NCBI GenBank assembly: GCA_040954595.2
Contig: CM082579.2
Location: forward strand, 11,719,834-11,783,833
Direction: 5' to 3'
From: Balanoglossus misakiensis
Taxonomy: Eukaryota > Animalia > Hemichordata
Length of the DNA stretch: 64,000 bases
Position numbers and translations under genes: made by a program. The notes below the pieces were generated by a model. That model did not search any database. It had not been told where the DNA came from and saw nothing but the letters and a program-made list of their open reading frames with translations. Positions 52,130 to 64,000 of this stretch are shown here, in pieces; within the stretch, counting starts at the first letter, position 1, and each line of letters begins with the position of its first letter.

Positions 52130-53471
52130 CTACTTGGACCTAAAAGCTTCCCTAGCTTTGTCTATTTGTTCTATTGTATACCCTCTGGAAGATCTAGCAG
52201 CGATATCTCATTCTTCAGTAAACTCTCCGCCTCATCTGTAATACAGGGGGAAATTGATGAAAGTGTTTTCGTTTTTGAATTTGCTACTATGATGCTAATG
52301 TTCCTCGACCAGAAAAAAAACTGGAGCATTGTAACTACAATACATGTACATGTAAATGAGAAACCAACTTCTGCAACTGCACTACAACATAGCTGCACAC
52401 TACGTTTTGATATGTTATCTATTAAAATTGTACTCGACTGAGTCTCGTCATCTGTTTTTCGTCTTTTTTTCTTCATCACACACACTAACATCTATTGCCG
52501 TTCCTACTGTATGAAAGCTTACCTTTCATCCTTGCTAGCTCGGTTCCATAGGCCAAATCATATTGATAACCAAGTATGAAGGTCAAAGGCACTAGCGGCA
52601 ATGAAACCAGAACTTTTAGTCTTTAAAGCCCTAGTGGAACAAAAAAACTCAGTTAGGACATTTAAATGAATTAATTTTATTTGAAAGTAAATTTATGAAA
52701 ATAAGACTAAAAGGTGCACGTTCATGAACTTTGAATTCACAGTGTCCCAGCTGTGCACGGAACAGCAAATGGACATTGAGCCAACCTCTGTATAATCCTT
52801 CGCTGGCTTCACATTTTCTTTATTCCATGCCCTCAATGGTAATACAGCTGAAGAGAGGAGGCAGTGAATTTGGAAGTCAACGAAGTGCTTTTGCATGTTG
52901 CGTGTGACACCCCCTGTGGCATTTCACACAAATCTCGGGCACACTCCAATCCACTGCACTAAGAGATTAACCGCGTTCACCCACCGAGCTGTTAATCCTA
53001 AGAAGGTCACGCCATAGAAACTTCCCCACCAAAGGAATAAGTCTCTGGCCCTGGCAATCTGCATGGACATCTGGCGCTCTCTCATAAAGTTCTGCATCAT
53101 CAGCTGTCTCTCCAGCTGCAGGGAGGAAAAAAGAAAGACATGACAAGAGGAGTGGTCCCGCCTCAAGATGGCGCTTCACCGAGACCACTTCTGCATCTTC
53201 AGGTGATCATGGCACATTTTCAAAAGAATCGGTGACAACTGTACTGGTATATGGAAAACTAGAGACGAAAAAAACGTGATATCATATTTCTTTTTATGGA
53301 ATGTTCGAAGTGACTGATAAAGTATTGAAATCATATAGCTGTAAAAATCTAATTTTGCATAATGAGAGGTAATACTCAACACATCACTCACCATAGCTTT
53401 TTGATTTTTCAACATAAATTCCTGGCTTTTTTCATGTTTTTGTCCATCACCTTTGTCATCCGATTACCCAT
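52130..53471 (-). pseudogene. PLGRKT: Plasminogen receptor (KT) homolog, 4 exons, frameshifted
   Basis: Exons 53471-53392, 53115-52985, 52630-52523, 52235-52130: ..NMKK/QEFMLKNQKAM|LERQLMMQNFMRERQMSMQIARARD..|..YQYDLAYGT.LARMK|DEAESLL. 1-bp loss in the exon 1 A-run, 2-bp loss in exon 3, frameshift in exon 4. Confidence 0.88.
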
Positions 53472-53679
53472 GATGCTTTGTAGTACGAATAGTCCAACAA
53501 CAAAACGAACAAAAGCCTGCCAAGCTTTAGTAAATGTTAAAATGAGGAAATAATGGCAAAATTGCATAGAAATCTCTCATGCATTTTTTTGTTACATCAT
53601 TTTTGTTACTATGGAAACCTGGGTAAAATCAGTGTTTGGAAACAATGGTGCATCATTCGGTTTTGCATAGGTCACTCTT

Positions 53680-56070
53680 ATCATGCTCTTATCAAAAGAC
53701 ATACGTAGTGACGGCAGAGTCGCAATCCAGACATGCTGGTCACAGTAATTGCAGCAACAAATGACCATATGAATACAGCGGTAATCATCAATGAAATGTT
53801 ATGCTTCATAACTAACAAGATGGACGTGATGCCAAATGACATTCTCTGGAAAGTTTGTACAGACTTCTATTTCGATGCTCAAATTGAAAGTGCCAAGAAG
53901 GAACTTTTTGACCTGTGCTCAATGCTCACAACATCACGCTTCAAGCGAAGACAGGGGCCAAATAAAAAGTCAAGTAATGTTCAAGATATGTTAACTCTCC
54001 TACAAGAAGTGGAACCAAATACAATTCCGACTTTTGCAGCGCAGGATCTCGGCATTTTACCACCCTTGACACAAAATCACGTCGACATCTCTCTGATCAT
54101 GCACCAGCTGTCTTCAATAAAAACAGAAATGGCATACCTAAAGGAAATAGCAAAATCAACAACCGAGTCAAATGCTGAATTGAAGTTGGAAATATGCTCT
54201 ATTCACCAAGCTCAACTTCCGTTGAAACTCTTGCCTGAGGCTACACCAAACCACAGGCAAAATACTAGTGATAGATCTCAAGTGGACAAGACAACTATGC
54301 CTCAAGTAGTCGAAGATGAGACCCAAGTTTTGTAGGTATATTGCAAGCACTCGTCCAACACTCTATCATCGAAGAAACCGGTGCTAAATTCCTCATGTAG
54401 AAAAACTAATAAAACCCCTGAAATGAAAACTGAACATATGTCTTTAGCTGTAGGTATACAAGTGATGAATCTCATGAACCAGTCAAATCAACGCATCGAA
54501 TTGAAGATGATACCATCGAATTTGTAAACGCTGATCGAAATGAACAATCTAATCACAATACTGTACGACCAGGTAAATCATTTGTCGATGATGTGAAAAT
54601 CTCGAGCACTACCCATACATAGTACATCCTCCAAAAATGATTCATTCACTCTGGTGATAAGGAAGAAATCCCATCCAAAGCAATCATTGGAACTTCTGCT
54701 GTGTCTAATTGTCCTATCATGGGAGTTGATCATCAGAATGAGGCTAACATCTTTATCAGTCGTTTGTCGCCTGATACAACTGCGAGTCAAATCACTACAT
54801 ATGTGAAATCCTCATTTAACATAGACATTGACTGTAAAGCTTTGAAGACAAAGTTCAATTCATACGCCTCCTTTCACATAATTGCCAAAGATGCTACATA
54901 CAAAGATCTTATTTGTCCTGAAAGATGGCCGCGTGGTGTGTTGGTAAGAAAATACTTCAGATCCCCAGGTCGCCCTAACTAATTTTTTTAGTATGGTAAA
55001 AGTGGTCAGCTACAACTGTCGCTCTGTTAAGTCTTCTGTTGATGAAGTGAGAAAACTTTGTGACTCCGTGGATATCTGCTTACTTCAGGAACACTGGTTA
55101 TACAAAGAAGAACTGACATTACTTTCCAGTATACATAATGACTTTCAGGCCTTTGGTGTGTCAGCGATCGACAGTGAAAGGGCATAAGCTCAGGTCGGAA
55201 CGGCTATCCTATGGCGCAAAACATTTTCTGACTCAGTCAAAGTTACAAAATTACAACGATCCTAGGATTATTGGTCTTGAACTTTCTACTAATATAGGAA
55301 TGTGTCTTCTAATTTGTGTTTATCTACCCACCGACTGCAGTGAAAATTATGATGATTTTTGTGAATACCTGGGAACAATCGATTCCATCATTCAAGATGC
55401 AGATACGCCATACATATTTGTGGTTGGTGATCACAATGCAGATCCCAGAAAACGTTTTGGTCAAGAACTGAACGCTTTTTGACACCAGAACAATTACGTC
55501 ATTGCACATGTTTCTCGCCTTGGTCTTGGATTGAATAATTTTACATACATTAGTGATTTGCATGGATCCACATCGTGGCTTGATCACTGTGTGTGCACCG
55601 AAGCAAATTATAAAACAATCAACACCATGTCTATCATTAACGATTACTTTTCATCTGATCACTTGCCCTTGACTTTCATGTGTAATATGCATCCTATAAA
55701 AAGCAACAACCAATACGATAGACCAAACCCGACCTGGGCTGGGTTCAACTGGGCCTCTGTCAACAATGAGGATATTAATAAATTTCTGACCAGTTCCGAA
55801 CGATACCTATATTAACGTTCCTGTCGAGCCATTATCCTGTAACAATTGTAACTGCAAAAATGACAGTCATCATCGAGCAATTGATTCTTACTACAACTCA
55901 ATTTGTGAGGCAGTGATTCGTTTGCCGTTAAAAATCCGTAAGATAACCAATACCCGGTTGGAACGAAACAGTTAGGGAGACACATAAAATGCCTCGTCAA
56001 GCATATATAACCTTGAAATCGGAATCCAAGCCTCGCTTTGGACCAGTCTTTGAACATATGCATCAAAGCA
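53680..56070 (+). mobile_element. LINE relic (RTEX-like): ORF1 + APE endonuclease, truncated before RT
   Basis: ORF1 INEMLCFI..FY..IESAKKELF..IFISRLSP..YASFHI..WPRGVLVRKY; ORF2 VSYNCRS..LLQEHWL, CVYLP, GDHNAD, SWLDH, SDHLP; many stops. Confidence 0.85.
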
Positions 56071-56150
56071 GTCCAGGTACAGGGGACAATTTGAGTCAGA
56101 TATTAGGCCAAAGCATTAAACAGGACTGTCGTACTTTAACGGTCAACTAG

Positions 56151-56351
56151 CGGGAAGCCATAGAAGAAATCTTTGCAGAGGAGATTGCGATGGGTAAAAT
56201 CAGCAGCAAAGATGTAGAGAAGAAAAAAGAAGACCACCCATCTTTTGCTGAAGACATGGCTGAATTCACGACCAAACACATTTACGACCGTGTTTGTACA
56301 TCAATAAAGAAGAAGAGAGGGGGAATTAATAAGAAAGATGAAAAAGAATAA
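56151..56351 (+). pseudogene. Fragment of an unidentified helical (Myb/SANT-like) C-terminal domain
   Basis: REAIEEIFAEEIAMGKISSKDVEKK..FTTKHIYDRVCTSIKKKR*; unrelated to the LINE it follows. Confidence 0.3.
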
Positions 56352-56389
56352 GAAGCAACTTTAAAGACAAATTAACAAACACAAACACA

Positions 56390-56670
56390 AAGTCACTTAT
56401 TTAATATTTGTAATATTTTGTAATGTAGAATTTATACTTTTCAACAGATCTTTTTCAATGTACTTATTTATTTAAAATGTCTCTGTAACATATCTTTTTG
56501 AAAACCATTATTATTAAGTCACTTATTTAATATTTGTAATAATGTTGTATTGTAGAATTTATACTGTTCAACAGATCATTTCAGTGTACTTATTTATAAT
56601 GTCTCTGTAACATATCTTTTTGAAAAGCATTATTATTAAGTCACTTATTTAATATTTGTAATATGTTGTA
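56390..56670. repeat. AT-rich ~124-bp tandem repeat x2.3
   Basis: aagtcacttatttaatatttgtaat at 56390, 56516 and 56638. Confidence 0.9.
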
Positions 56671-57012
56671 TTGGCGATCCTAAAACAGATTGGACCTAAT
56701 AACAGACATTCTCCTCCATAAAAACGAAAGAATCACAATTAAATAGGATGTTCGAAAGGAAACACTAGACAGTGTTGGACTTGCAAAATTTCCATAGGCG
56801 GGGTTAGCCCCGATTTTTTGATACATAATGGAGTACATGCTGCTCTATATTGTGGCACAATGTGATGCAAAAAGTTAAAAAATAAGAGAGAAAAGCGTTT
56901 CTGAATGAATATGTAACACATACCTGCCAGGTACGGAGGACCACTCCAAGTAACATCGAGGACCAGTACAGGTAATATCCAGGACCAGCGAATCTTACAA
57001 AGACCCGGTCGG

Positions 57013-57074
57013 ACCCTAACCCTAACCCTAACCCCAACCCTAACCCTAACCCCAACCCTAACCCTAACCCCAAC
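57013..57074. repeat. Interstitial telomeric repeat (CCCTAA)n, 10 units
   Basis: ccctaa units with ccccaa variants every third unit. Confidence 0.95.
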
Positions 57075-57099
57075 GACATACACTTTGCTCAATTATATA

Positions 57100-58915
57100 C
57101 TGACCTGCCACACCGATACCCGAAGACCAGACCCAATCACGTAACCGGTACGGTATTGATGATGAAGGGTCTCCTGAGTGATGCAGCGCAGAGAAAGTTG
57201 CAGCAAGATGCAACATCATACGTTTCAGAGATAAGGACCAACTTCCACCAAACTGACAGAGCAGTTTGCAGGCTGGAGTTTGTGTTGAGTGAGGGACGGT
57301 GAAGTTACAGGGGGGGGGGGAGTTCTTACGCATGGAACAGTTGTCGCAAATCTTAGAGAAACGTCCAATGGTTGTTCCGTTTCTAAAACAATTCGAAACG
57401 GTGAAGCTGATGAGAAACGTAGGCCTGCACGAAATGAGCAAATTACACCATGCCTTTACCTCAGGAAGAGGAGCAGGAAACACACAGTTGGCCTGGGATG
57501 TGTTCCAAGCAGAACGTGCTATCGAGAAACTGTTGTGGGGCCGTCCACTCTGTCCCATTTCAAACCAGTATTCAAAGAACTTAGGGCCAGGCATACAAAA
57601 CCCGACACGGTCACTGACGTGATAGACGAGAAAAGGTTCCTATGTTTGGCAGACAGTGGCGTCTGCTGTGAAGATGATCGTACTTCGCCGCCTATACACA
57701 TCTTCTCCATGAATGTATCCATTCAGAGACAAATAGACAACTTCAGCGGGTTCTACAATGTGATAGGTGCTGCGCCATTGGTAGTAGGTCACCGTTTGCT
57801 TGTGATGCTTCTCAGTGAATGTCACGCCCGTGCAATAGTGCCTAACCCCTTCCAGCAGTTCATCCGACATCTTACCATACAATCTGGAAAGAACAGAAAC
57901 GCATTGTGGGTGTGATCACCGTTAAAGGCATTGGTGAGATGTTATTGAAAGCGGACAAATTTAAATGGCCGTATGTCTTTGGCCATGTGAGGAATTTATT
58001 GCAGAAAATGTGTGTCGATGATTGGCAGGAGGTAATAGAGAGTGGAATCAACGCTTTGAGCTTGGGGTACTTACCGGCATTGAGGTACCATGAGCACTCG
58101 CATCATCAGGGCCTGCATTGGCAGATGATATACAGTTATTGGACAATCACTTATATACCTGACAAGGCGAGAGATTTGGAACGACAAAGTGCAGTATTCC
58201 GCAACCTTGTTATAGCAGAACTGGAAAAGAGAAAGCTATGTCATACCAATCAATACCGGGACACCACCTTCCCATGGAAAAAGGCAGTGCTGGAGAGAGT
58301 GACAGGAACGAAGTTGTCGGAGGATGGCAAAGTGACGTTACTAACCTTCGTCTCATGCATGGCATTAATTCAAAACAATTGCTATGTCCGGTATTACGAA
58401 CTCAACAGACTGGTAACTTAAGGAATCTCCCGATCTCACAGTTCGAATTGAAAACATTACAAATACGGTCGCCCTTCCGTCTCCCGGCCGTCAACAACGT
58501 GACAATTTACCGCCTACATCCCACTATACCTTTCAAGTTAAACACTGGAACAAGGCAAAGGAAAGAATCGAAACCCGCGGAGTCGAGAGAATCCGATCAG
58601 CCTGCTGGCCAATGGAAGGAAGACAAGTTTGAGTCAACTGATACAATAGACCCAGAAAATAACGTTGTGTCTGAAGAAACACATGATGTGTCGGTTGGTC
58701 CACTCCCGTCTAATGCTAGCGCTTGCTATGCAAGATGGTCACCAGCTGAACATTCCGTTTTAGCAGCAGTGAAGGAGAAAGCCGTATTGTCTATGTTCAA
58801 GAAGTACACATTGTATAGACAAGCATGACACAAGATAACATTACAGACAGGTCATTCATATCATTTACAAGAAAGTTGAAACGTTTTTTGGGACAGACCC
58901 AATTTGTGCTAATAT
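57100..58915 (+). pseudogene. Broken intronless orphan ORF(s) of unknown function
   Basis: Overlapping + strand ORFs 57299-57622, 57289-57915, 57906-58421 and 58238-58828 tile 1.8 kb of GC-richer, protein-like sequence; no family recognised. Confidence 0.4.
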
Positions 58916-58998
58916 GATCAGTCGGATTCTGTCTGTAAAGCATTCAGTCAGTCAGGCTGTGTGTGTGTGGCACTCAAAGCCACCACTTTGCACTGTTA

Positions 58999-61900
58999 GG
59001 GACTGTCCAGAATTTACTTCCAGGGGGAGGCCGGAGGATTTTCAGGGGGGGGCCACCCATTTTCCCCAAGAAAAATTAGGGGGGGGGGGGCAGACATAAA
59101 AATCACAATCCTTTAGGGGAGACCATGTAAAAAACCTTCACAAACTCAATATTTGCCCAGAAGTACTGATTTATAAGAAACAAGCCACCATGGCTACCTT
59201 GATGACAGATGAACTCCACAAGTGTATTAAATTTTCATAAGCTGGAATTTCCGGTAATTTTTACGGTGGTTTATTTTGTATATCTACTACAGTTTCTTGT
59301 TCTACTCTGTGAAGCATAAAAAATGCCCAGTATTTGGCCTGCCAGCAGACCATATATGTACAGTGAACAGTCAGTGTTGTTACTGTTGATAACTGAGCTC
59401 AATCCAAGTCCAGACAAGTTTAAAAGAATTAGACTTTTTTGACAATCTATTTACTTTTCTATGACAAAAGATACCAGCAGCTAGTGATAAATTAATTCTA
59501 CATTTTTAGGTCCCATTGGTATAGGCATATATACCATGGGACCTTATGGGATTGGTTGCGTCTGTATGTATGTATGTATGTATGGATGTATGTATGGATG
59601 TATGGATGTATGTCTGTATGTCCGTCCACATCAAAAACTTGAAAACCGCTGTGCGTATCACCTCAATATTTGGTGTGTAGGTGCAGGCTGGGCTGTAGAT
59701 GGGAGTTTGTCCAAACGAAGTTGCCAGGCCCAAAAATATGCAAATTAGCTGGGAAAATGTGAAATTTATCAAAACTCTGAAAGTCAACAACTACTCGTCA
59801 GATTGCTTTAAAAATTGGTATGCATGTACCATATGTCAACCTCACATCGATCTGTGTTAAGTTAATATCATCGATGTTTTATTTTTTATGAATTTTTTAG
59901 TCTTTTTATTAAATTTATACCTTTACTTATACCTCTATGGTTAAGCTATGTCCACGTCTAATTGTGGAATTCTGGTCTGTGCAATAGTCCTGTACAGTGA
60001 CTGTCTATTGGTCAGTGAGCACAATGGGGGCAAAATTTTGGGCTCACCTGTGACACCTGCTTAACACATTAATTATGTGCATACCTAATTCCGGGCTAAC
60101 TAATAGGGCTAGAGGTTTCGTTCTTGTGGGACATGGACCAGTATAGGGTCAAAATTTCTTGCCCAAATTTTGGGTGACCTCAGGTGACCTTTGACCTACT
60201 TTCCTATATCTCGGCATCCAGAGCAGGTACAGACTTGGCGTTTGGAGGGTTGGGACTAAAATTGAAAAGCCAAAATATTGGTCACCTGTGACACCTGCAT
60301 ATCTCATGTATTATGTGCATACCTAATTCCAGGCTAACCAATAGGGCTATAGGTTTGGTTTTTGTTGAAACTGGACCAGTATAGGGTCAAAATTTCTTGC
60401 CCAAATTTTGCATGACCTCAGGTGACCTTTGACGTACTTTATCATATCTTGGCATCCTGAGCAGGTACAGACTTGGCGTTTGGAGGGTTGGGACTAAAAT
60501 TGAAAAGCCAAAATTTGGAGTCACCTGTGACACCTGCATATCTCATTAATTATGTGCATACCTAATTCCAGGCTAACCAATAGGGGTTTGGTTTTTGTTT
60601 AACATGGACCAGTATAGGGTCAAAATTTCTTGCCCAAATTTTGCATAACCTCAGGTGACCTTTGACCTACTTTTCCATATCTTGGCATCCAAAGCAGATA
60701 TGCTTATTGCTATGTTGCTATGTGCTATGTTGGCCTGGGCCCGCTATTGCTGCTTGCAGATCTGCTTGCAATGTCACCTGTAATTTTTATTCTGGTGTGT
60801 CACTCTTTCCGCATAATCCTCAAATGGGACCACAGTGTCCTTGACGCTATTTTTTTTTAAGAAAGCATAGTATGCCTAAAGTATTTTGTGGAGTGACTGT
60901 GAATAAAGTAAGGCATAATAAATCACATTAATTTTACTTGCTAAAATATGGTAGTCAGGTAAGAATCCCGATTTAAAGCCTTACTAGCCATAACTCTTGT
61001 TAACTCTTAAGATTTGTTGACCTCGAAGTATTATCGATTTCTTTTCTATTTTGTTCAAAATTGCACAATATATGGGCAAGAATTTTGATTCCTACAAACT
61101 AAAATAATACGCAATATTTATTTTAAAAATGTCTTTTTGTTTGCAGTCTGAATTGTGCTTCTCTACAATTTTGTGAGGCTCAACACAGTCGAATTTGCAA
61201 TTTCTGTCTCATTGACAAGATATTAATGGCACCCTGCTTTCTGGTAATATTAAACTTAAAGAGACATTAGCTTTAACCTCTGTATGTTTTAGTCCTCTGT
61301 GTCAAGTGCACTTTCTTGGTCTATTCCTCAGAGTATGCTCATGTGTAACAGCAAATATTCTGCCTGTGATGTACCTATTGTTTTGATTATAGTACAAACA
61401 CATAAAATTATATTATTTTGTGCCAGCCGAATTTGTTAAAAAATGTTTTTAAAAAATCATCAAATTGTGCATGACTACATTATTTTTTTAATTTACCCAT
61501 TGAAAAACAAGAAACATTTTATTTATGCTTTTGCCAAAACTTGCAATATTTTTTGAAAATACTGTAAAGGACACAATCTCATGTTTGATTTGAATTTTCG
61601 AAAAAATACTTGATTGTTGATTGTTAAAAGGAGAAAGTAAAATATGAAATTGTGAAACAATTGATTATTGTCAATTTCCTGAGACTGTCACACATAACCC
61701 ATTGAAAAATGCTGTATTGAAAAATATAAAACAAAAACTATGTCACTCTGCTTGATAATTAGATACAACGATCATAATTGTATATTTTCCTTTGAAAAAC
61801 CTCTGATGCAAAATTGCTGACGCAGCATTTTTGACATGGCTTATTTACAACTATTAAGTGTTTGATGTAGTGGACATAGTGACAGGAATTTTTGTCATAC

Positions 61901-62278
61901 ATGTAATTAACTTATTTTCAGAAAATTACAATCTTAGTTGCCAATTGCTAGGCTTCCCAAAAGTGTGCCTTTTGCAGTCCCTGCAAAACATGATTTTTAT
62001 GACCACTTAACTGTCCCCTGTAAAATTGGTGATATCAGTGAGTAAATGATCTCTTGATTGTTCTTGCAGGGTGATGAACTTGTCACATTGTATGTGACGT
62101 AGTCTGTAAGTATGCATGTATATATTGGGGGGGGGGGGCATGGAAAAAAACCAGGAAATTTAAGGGGGCCACTGATTTCGTCCACAATTTAGTAGGGGGG
62201 AGGGGGGCATGGAAAAAAATCACCAGGAAAATTAGAAATCCTCCAGCCCCACCCTGGAAGTAAATTCTGGACAGTCCC
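58999..62278. mobile_element. Non-autonomous PIF/Harbinger-like element (TTA TSD), 3.3 kb
   Basis: TIR gggactgtccagaatttacttccaggg at both ends; tta at 58996-58998 and 62279-62281. Confidence 0.88.
59503..60858 (+). mobile_element. Helentron-associated element (HINE/DINE-1-like) nested in the Harbinger-like element
   Basis: T-run, subTIR hairpin aggtcccatt..atgggacct (59508-59544), (GTAT)n, ~239-bp tandem x2.7 (60043-60692), 3' subTIR aatgggacc (60823), stem-loop agtgtc-ctt-gacgct, T-run. Confidence 0.82.
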
Positions 62279-62603
62279 TTAGCTCACTCAATCGAACATC
62301 GTTCATAACATGCCTCAATAAATAATGATCAGCGCAACATTGCTGTTCCTATACATGTACCTTCACTTCCTTCATTGAAAATGTTAAAATTCTTTATAGT
62401 TTGTATTTGCCTGAAAATAATAAAAAATGTTGAGGTACTTGAACCATCGCGTATATGACGTAGTGCTGTAGATTGCTCAGAGTCTACGGGGCTCATGGAA
62501 CGTGTAAGCTTATGTACTATGCGTTAGCCGTGCCTTGTGATCGGGTACGTTCAAATAACTCCAGTATACATTGTAAGGAAGATTCTGAAAAAGTGGCAGT
62601 TAA

Positions 62604-62789
62604 AGGTATACAGTCACCTATGGAAACATTAGCCATAGTTACCATGGCAAAGTGAGATCTAGCCAATCACAGATTTTCAGTGGGTGGCACACGCGAAAAA
62701 AAGAGCGCCACCATATGTTCTTTAGAACGCTCAAATACGCCATTTCAGCCATATATGGGCGTCTGTAAATTGGAGGTGACTGTATACCT
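62604..62789. mobile_element. Kolobok-like MITE (TTAA/TTCA flanks)
   Basis: aggtatacagtcacct ... aggtgactgtatacct; a related end lies in the HECT intron at ~33805-33855. Confidence 0.7.
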
Positions 62790-62880
62790 TTCATAACAGA
62801 ATTTAAACATTTTTGGCTCCGAAGTGTAAACAGAGGAGTCTGTCAAGTTGGGTATGAGCTACTACTTCCGTCCGTCAACC

Positions 62881-63200
62881 CAGCCTACCAATCTAGCTAT
62901 TATATTTTCCACTTTTTGTAAGTGAAGCCTGACTTTCACCTGTCTTAGGTCAACACTTCATAAGCGGTCTTACCCGTCATTGGCACAAACAGTCTCAGGA
63001 AGTAAGCTTTCAGCCTACCATTGTAGCTATTATATTTTCCACTTTTTGTAAGTGAAGCCTGACTGTCGCCTGTCTTAGGTCACCACTTCATAAGAGGTCT
63101 TACCTGTCATTGGCACAAACAGTCTCAGGAAGTAAGCTTTCAGCCTACCAATGTAGCTATTATATTTTCCACTTTTTGTAAGTGAAGCCTGACTGTCACC
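62881..63200. repeat. 130-bp satellite, ~2.5 diverged copies
   Basis: Same unit and orientation as 1-4716. Confidence 0.96.
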
Positions 63201-64000
63201 GAAAGACCAAATGAGGACGTTACAGAGATAATGGTGAAAGTTGCTGAGACGATAGGAGTGAACATAACTAAACATGACGTGGACATCTGCCACCGAATTC
63301 CTTCCCGATCAGCCGAAGGAAAAAAACTACCTCACCCGATAATCGTAAGATTTGTCAGAAGATCCACTAGAGATAATATTTACAGTACACGGAAAAACCT
63401 CAGAAACAAATCGACGTTTGATATGAACATTGACCAAGACAGGACAAGCAGAGTCTTCATCAACGAAAACTTAAGCCCGGTAAATAGACAACTGTTCTAT
63501 AAAGCCAACATGAAGAGGAAGGCGTTGCAGTGGAAATTCATATGGACAAACAACGGGAAGATTTTCATTAGGAAGGAACAAGGAGAAAGAGCCATCGCGA
63601 TCTCGTCGATGAGTGATATTGACCGCCTGTAACTTCTCCTCAACAGAACTATCTACTAACAGTACTCATGGAACCGGACACTGAAACTTTACAAACGCAC
63701 TATCAGTGCAACGAATATTCAGTAGACCAGTTACACCCAGGTAGTAATAATTCTCCCTTAAAAGCTAATCATTCTTCATTTTCTGTTCTCCATGTCAACG
63801 TGAGATCGATCCAAAAACACTTTGATGACATGGTTTCCTTTTTGAGTGTTTTACAGTACAACTTTCCCATTATAGCTTTGACTGAAACCTGGTTACATAA
63901 TGAATTGGATTGTTCTCTGTACAAATTACCATATTACACACTTATCACCTCCAATCGTAATTATTCCCAAGGTGGTGGAGCTGCTATGTACGTTCATGAT
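63201..64000 (+). mobile_element. CR1/L2-group LINE: ORF1 3' part (to 63632) and ORF2 APE start (63668 to window end)
   Basis: ERPNEDVTEIMVKVA..DICHRI..PIIVRF..VFINENLS..WKFIWTNNGKIFIRK; ORF2 HVNVRSI..IALTETWL..GGGAAMYV, open to the window end. Confidence 0.9.

Larger units (their letters stand above)
38582..52930. repeat. Tandem segmental duplication, three copies: A ~38582-44660, B ~44663-47240 (internally deleted), C ~47241-52930
   Basis: tactatgggctatgtaattaatggca at ~38765, 45409 and 47980; 39360-43640 matches 48580-51950; B fuses gcaactgctctttt directly to aaaatacaatacgtgctc at ~45965. Confidence 0.93.

Noticed and set aside
56739-57092. VRVRV / GLGLG proteins or a true chromosome end
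   Set aside because: Translations of a short telomeric tract that is internal, with flanking sequence on both sides.

Overview
Repeat-dense animal genomic DNA (GT-AG introns, TTAGGG-type telomeric repeats; the transposon mix suggests a marine invertebrate, which is an inference). The window opens with ~36 copies of a 130-bp satellite (1-4716) and has ~2.5 more copies at 62881-63200; each block is joined to a LINE ORF1 fragment. Between them lie: (i) a complete 7.2-kb EnSpm/CACTA-type (CMC) transposon with TIRs and a TG target duplication, carrying a stop-disrupted transposase and a divergent spliced BEN-domain gene; (ii) decayed pogo-like and AcademX (transposase + XPG) genes, a SAM-HECT pseudogene and a YqaJ-PHD pseudogene; (iii) many non-autonomous elements (TTA-TSD Harbinger-like, TTAA Kolobok-like, a 5-bp-TSD element, a 67-bp 9-bp-TSD palindrome, a Helentron/HINE, two hairpin+IR elements); (iv) a three-copy tandem segmental duplication (38.6-52.9 kb) with EGF/C-type-lectin exons (+) and PLGRKT exons (-); (v) L2-like and RTEX-like LINE relics; (vi) an interstitial telomeric tract followed by a broken orphan ORF. 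No intact host gene, rRNA, tRNA or CRISPR array is supported. Family assignments rest on motifs recognised by eye, not on database searches.
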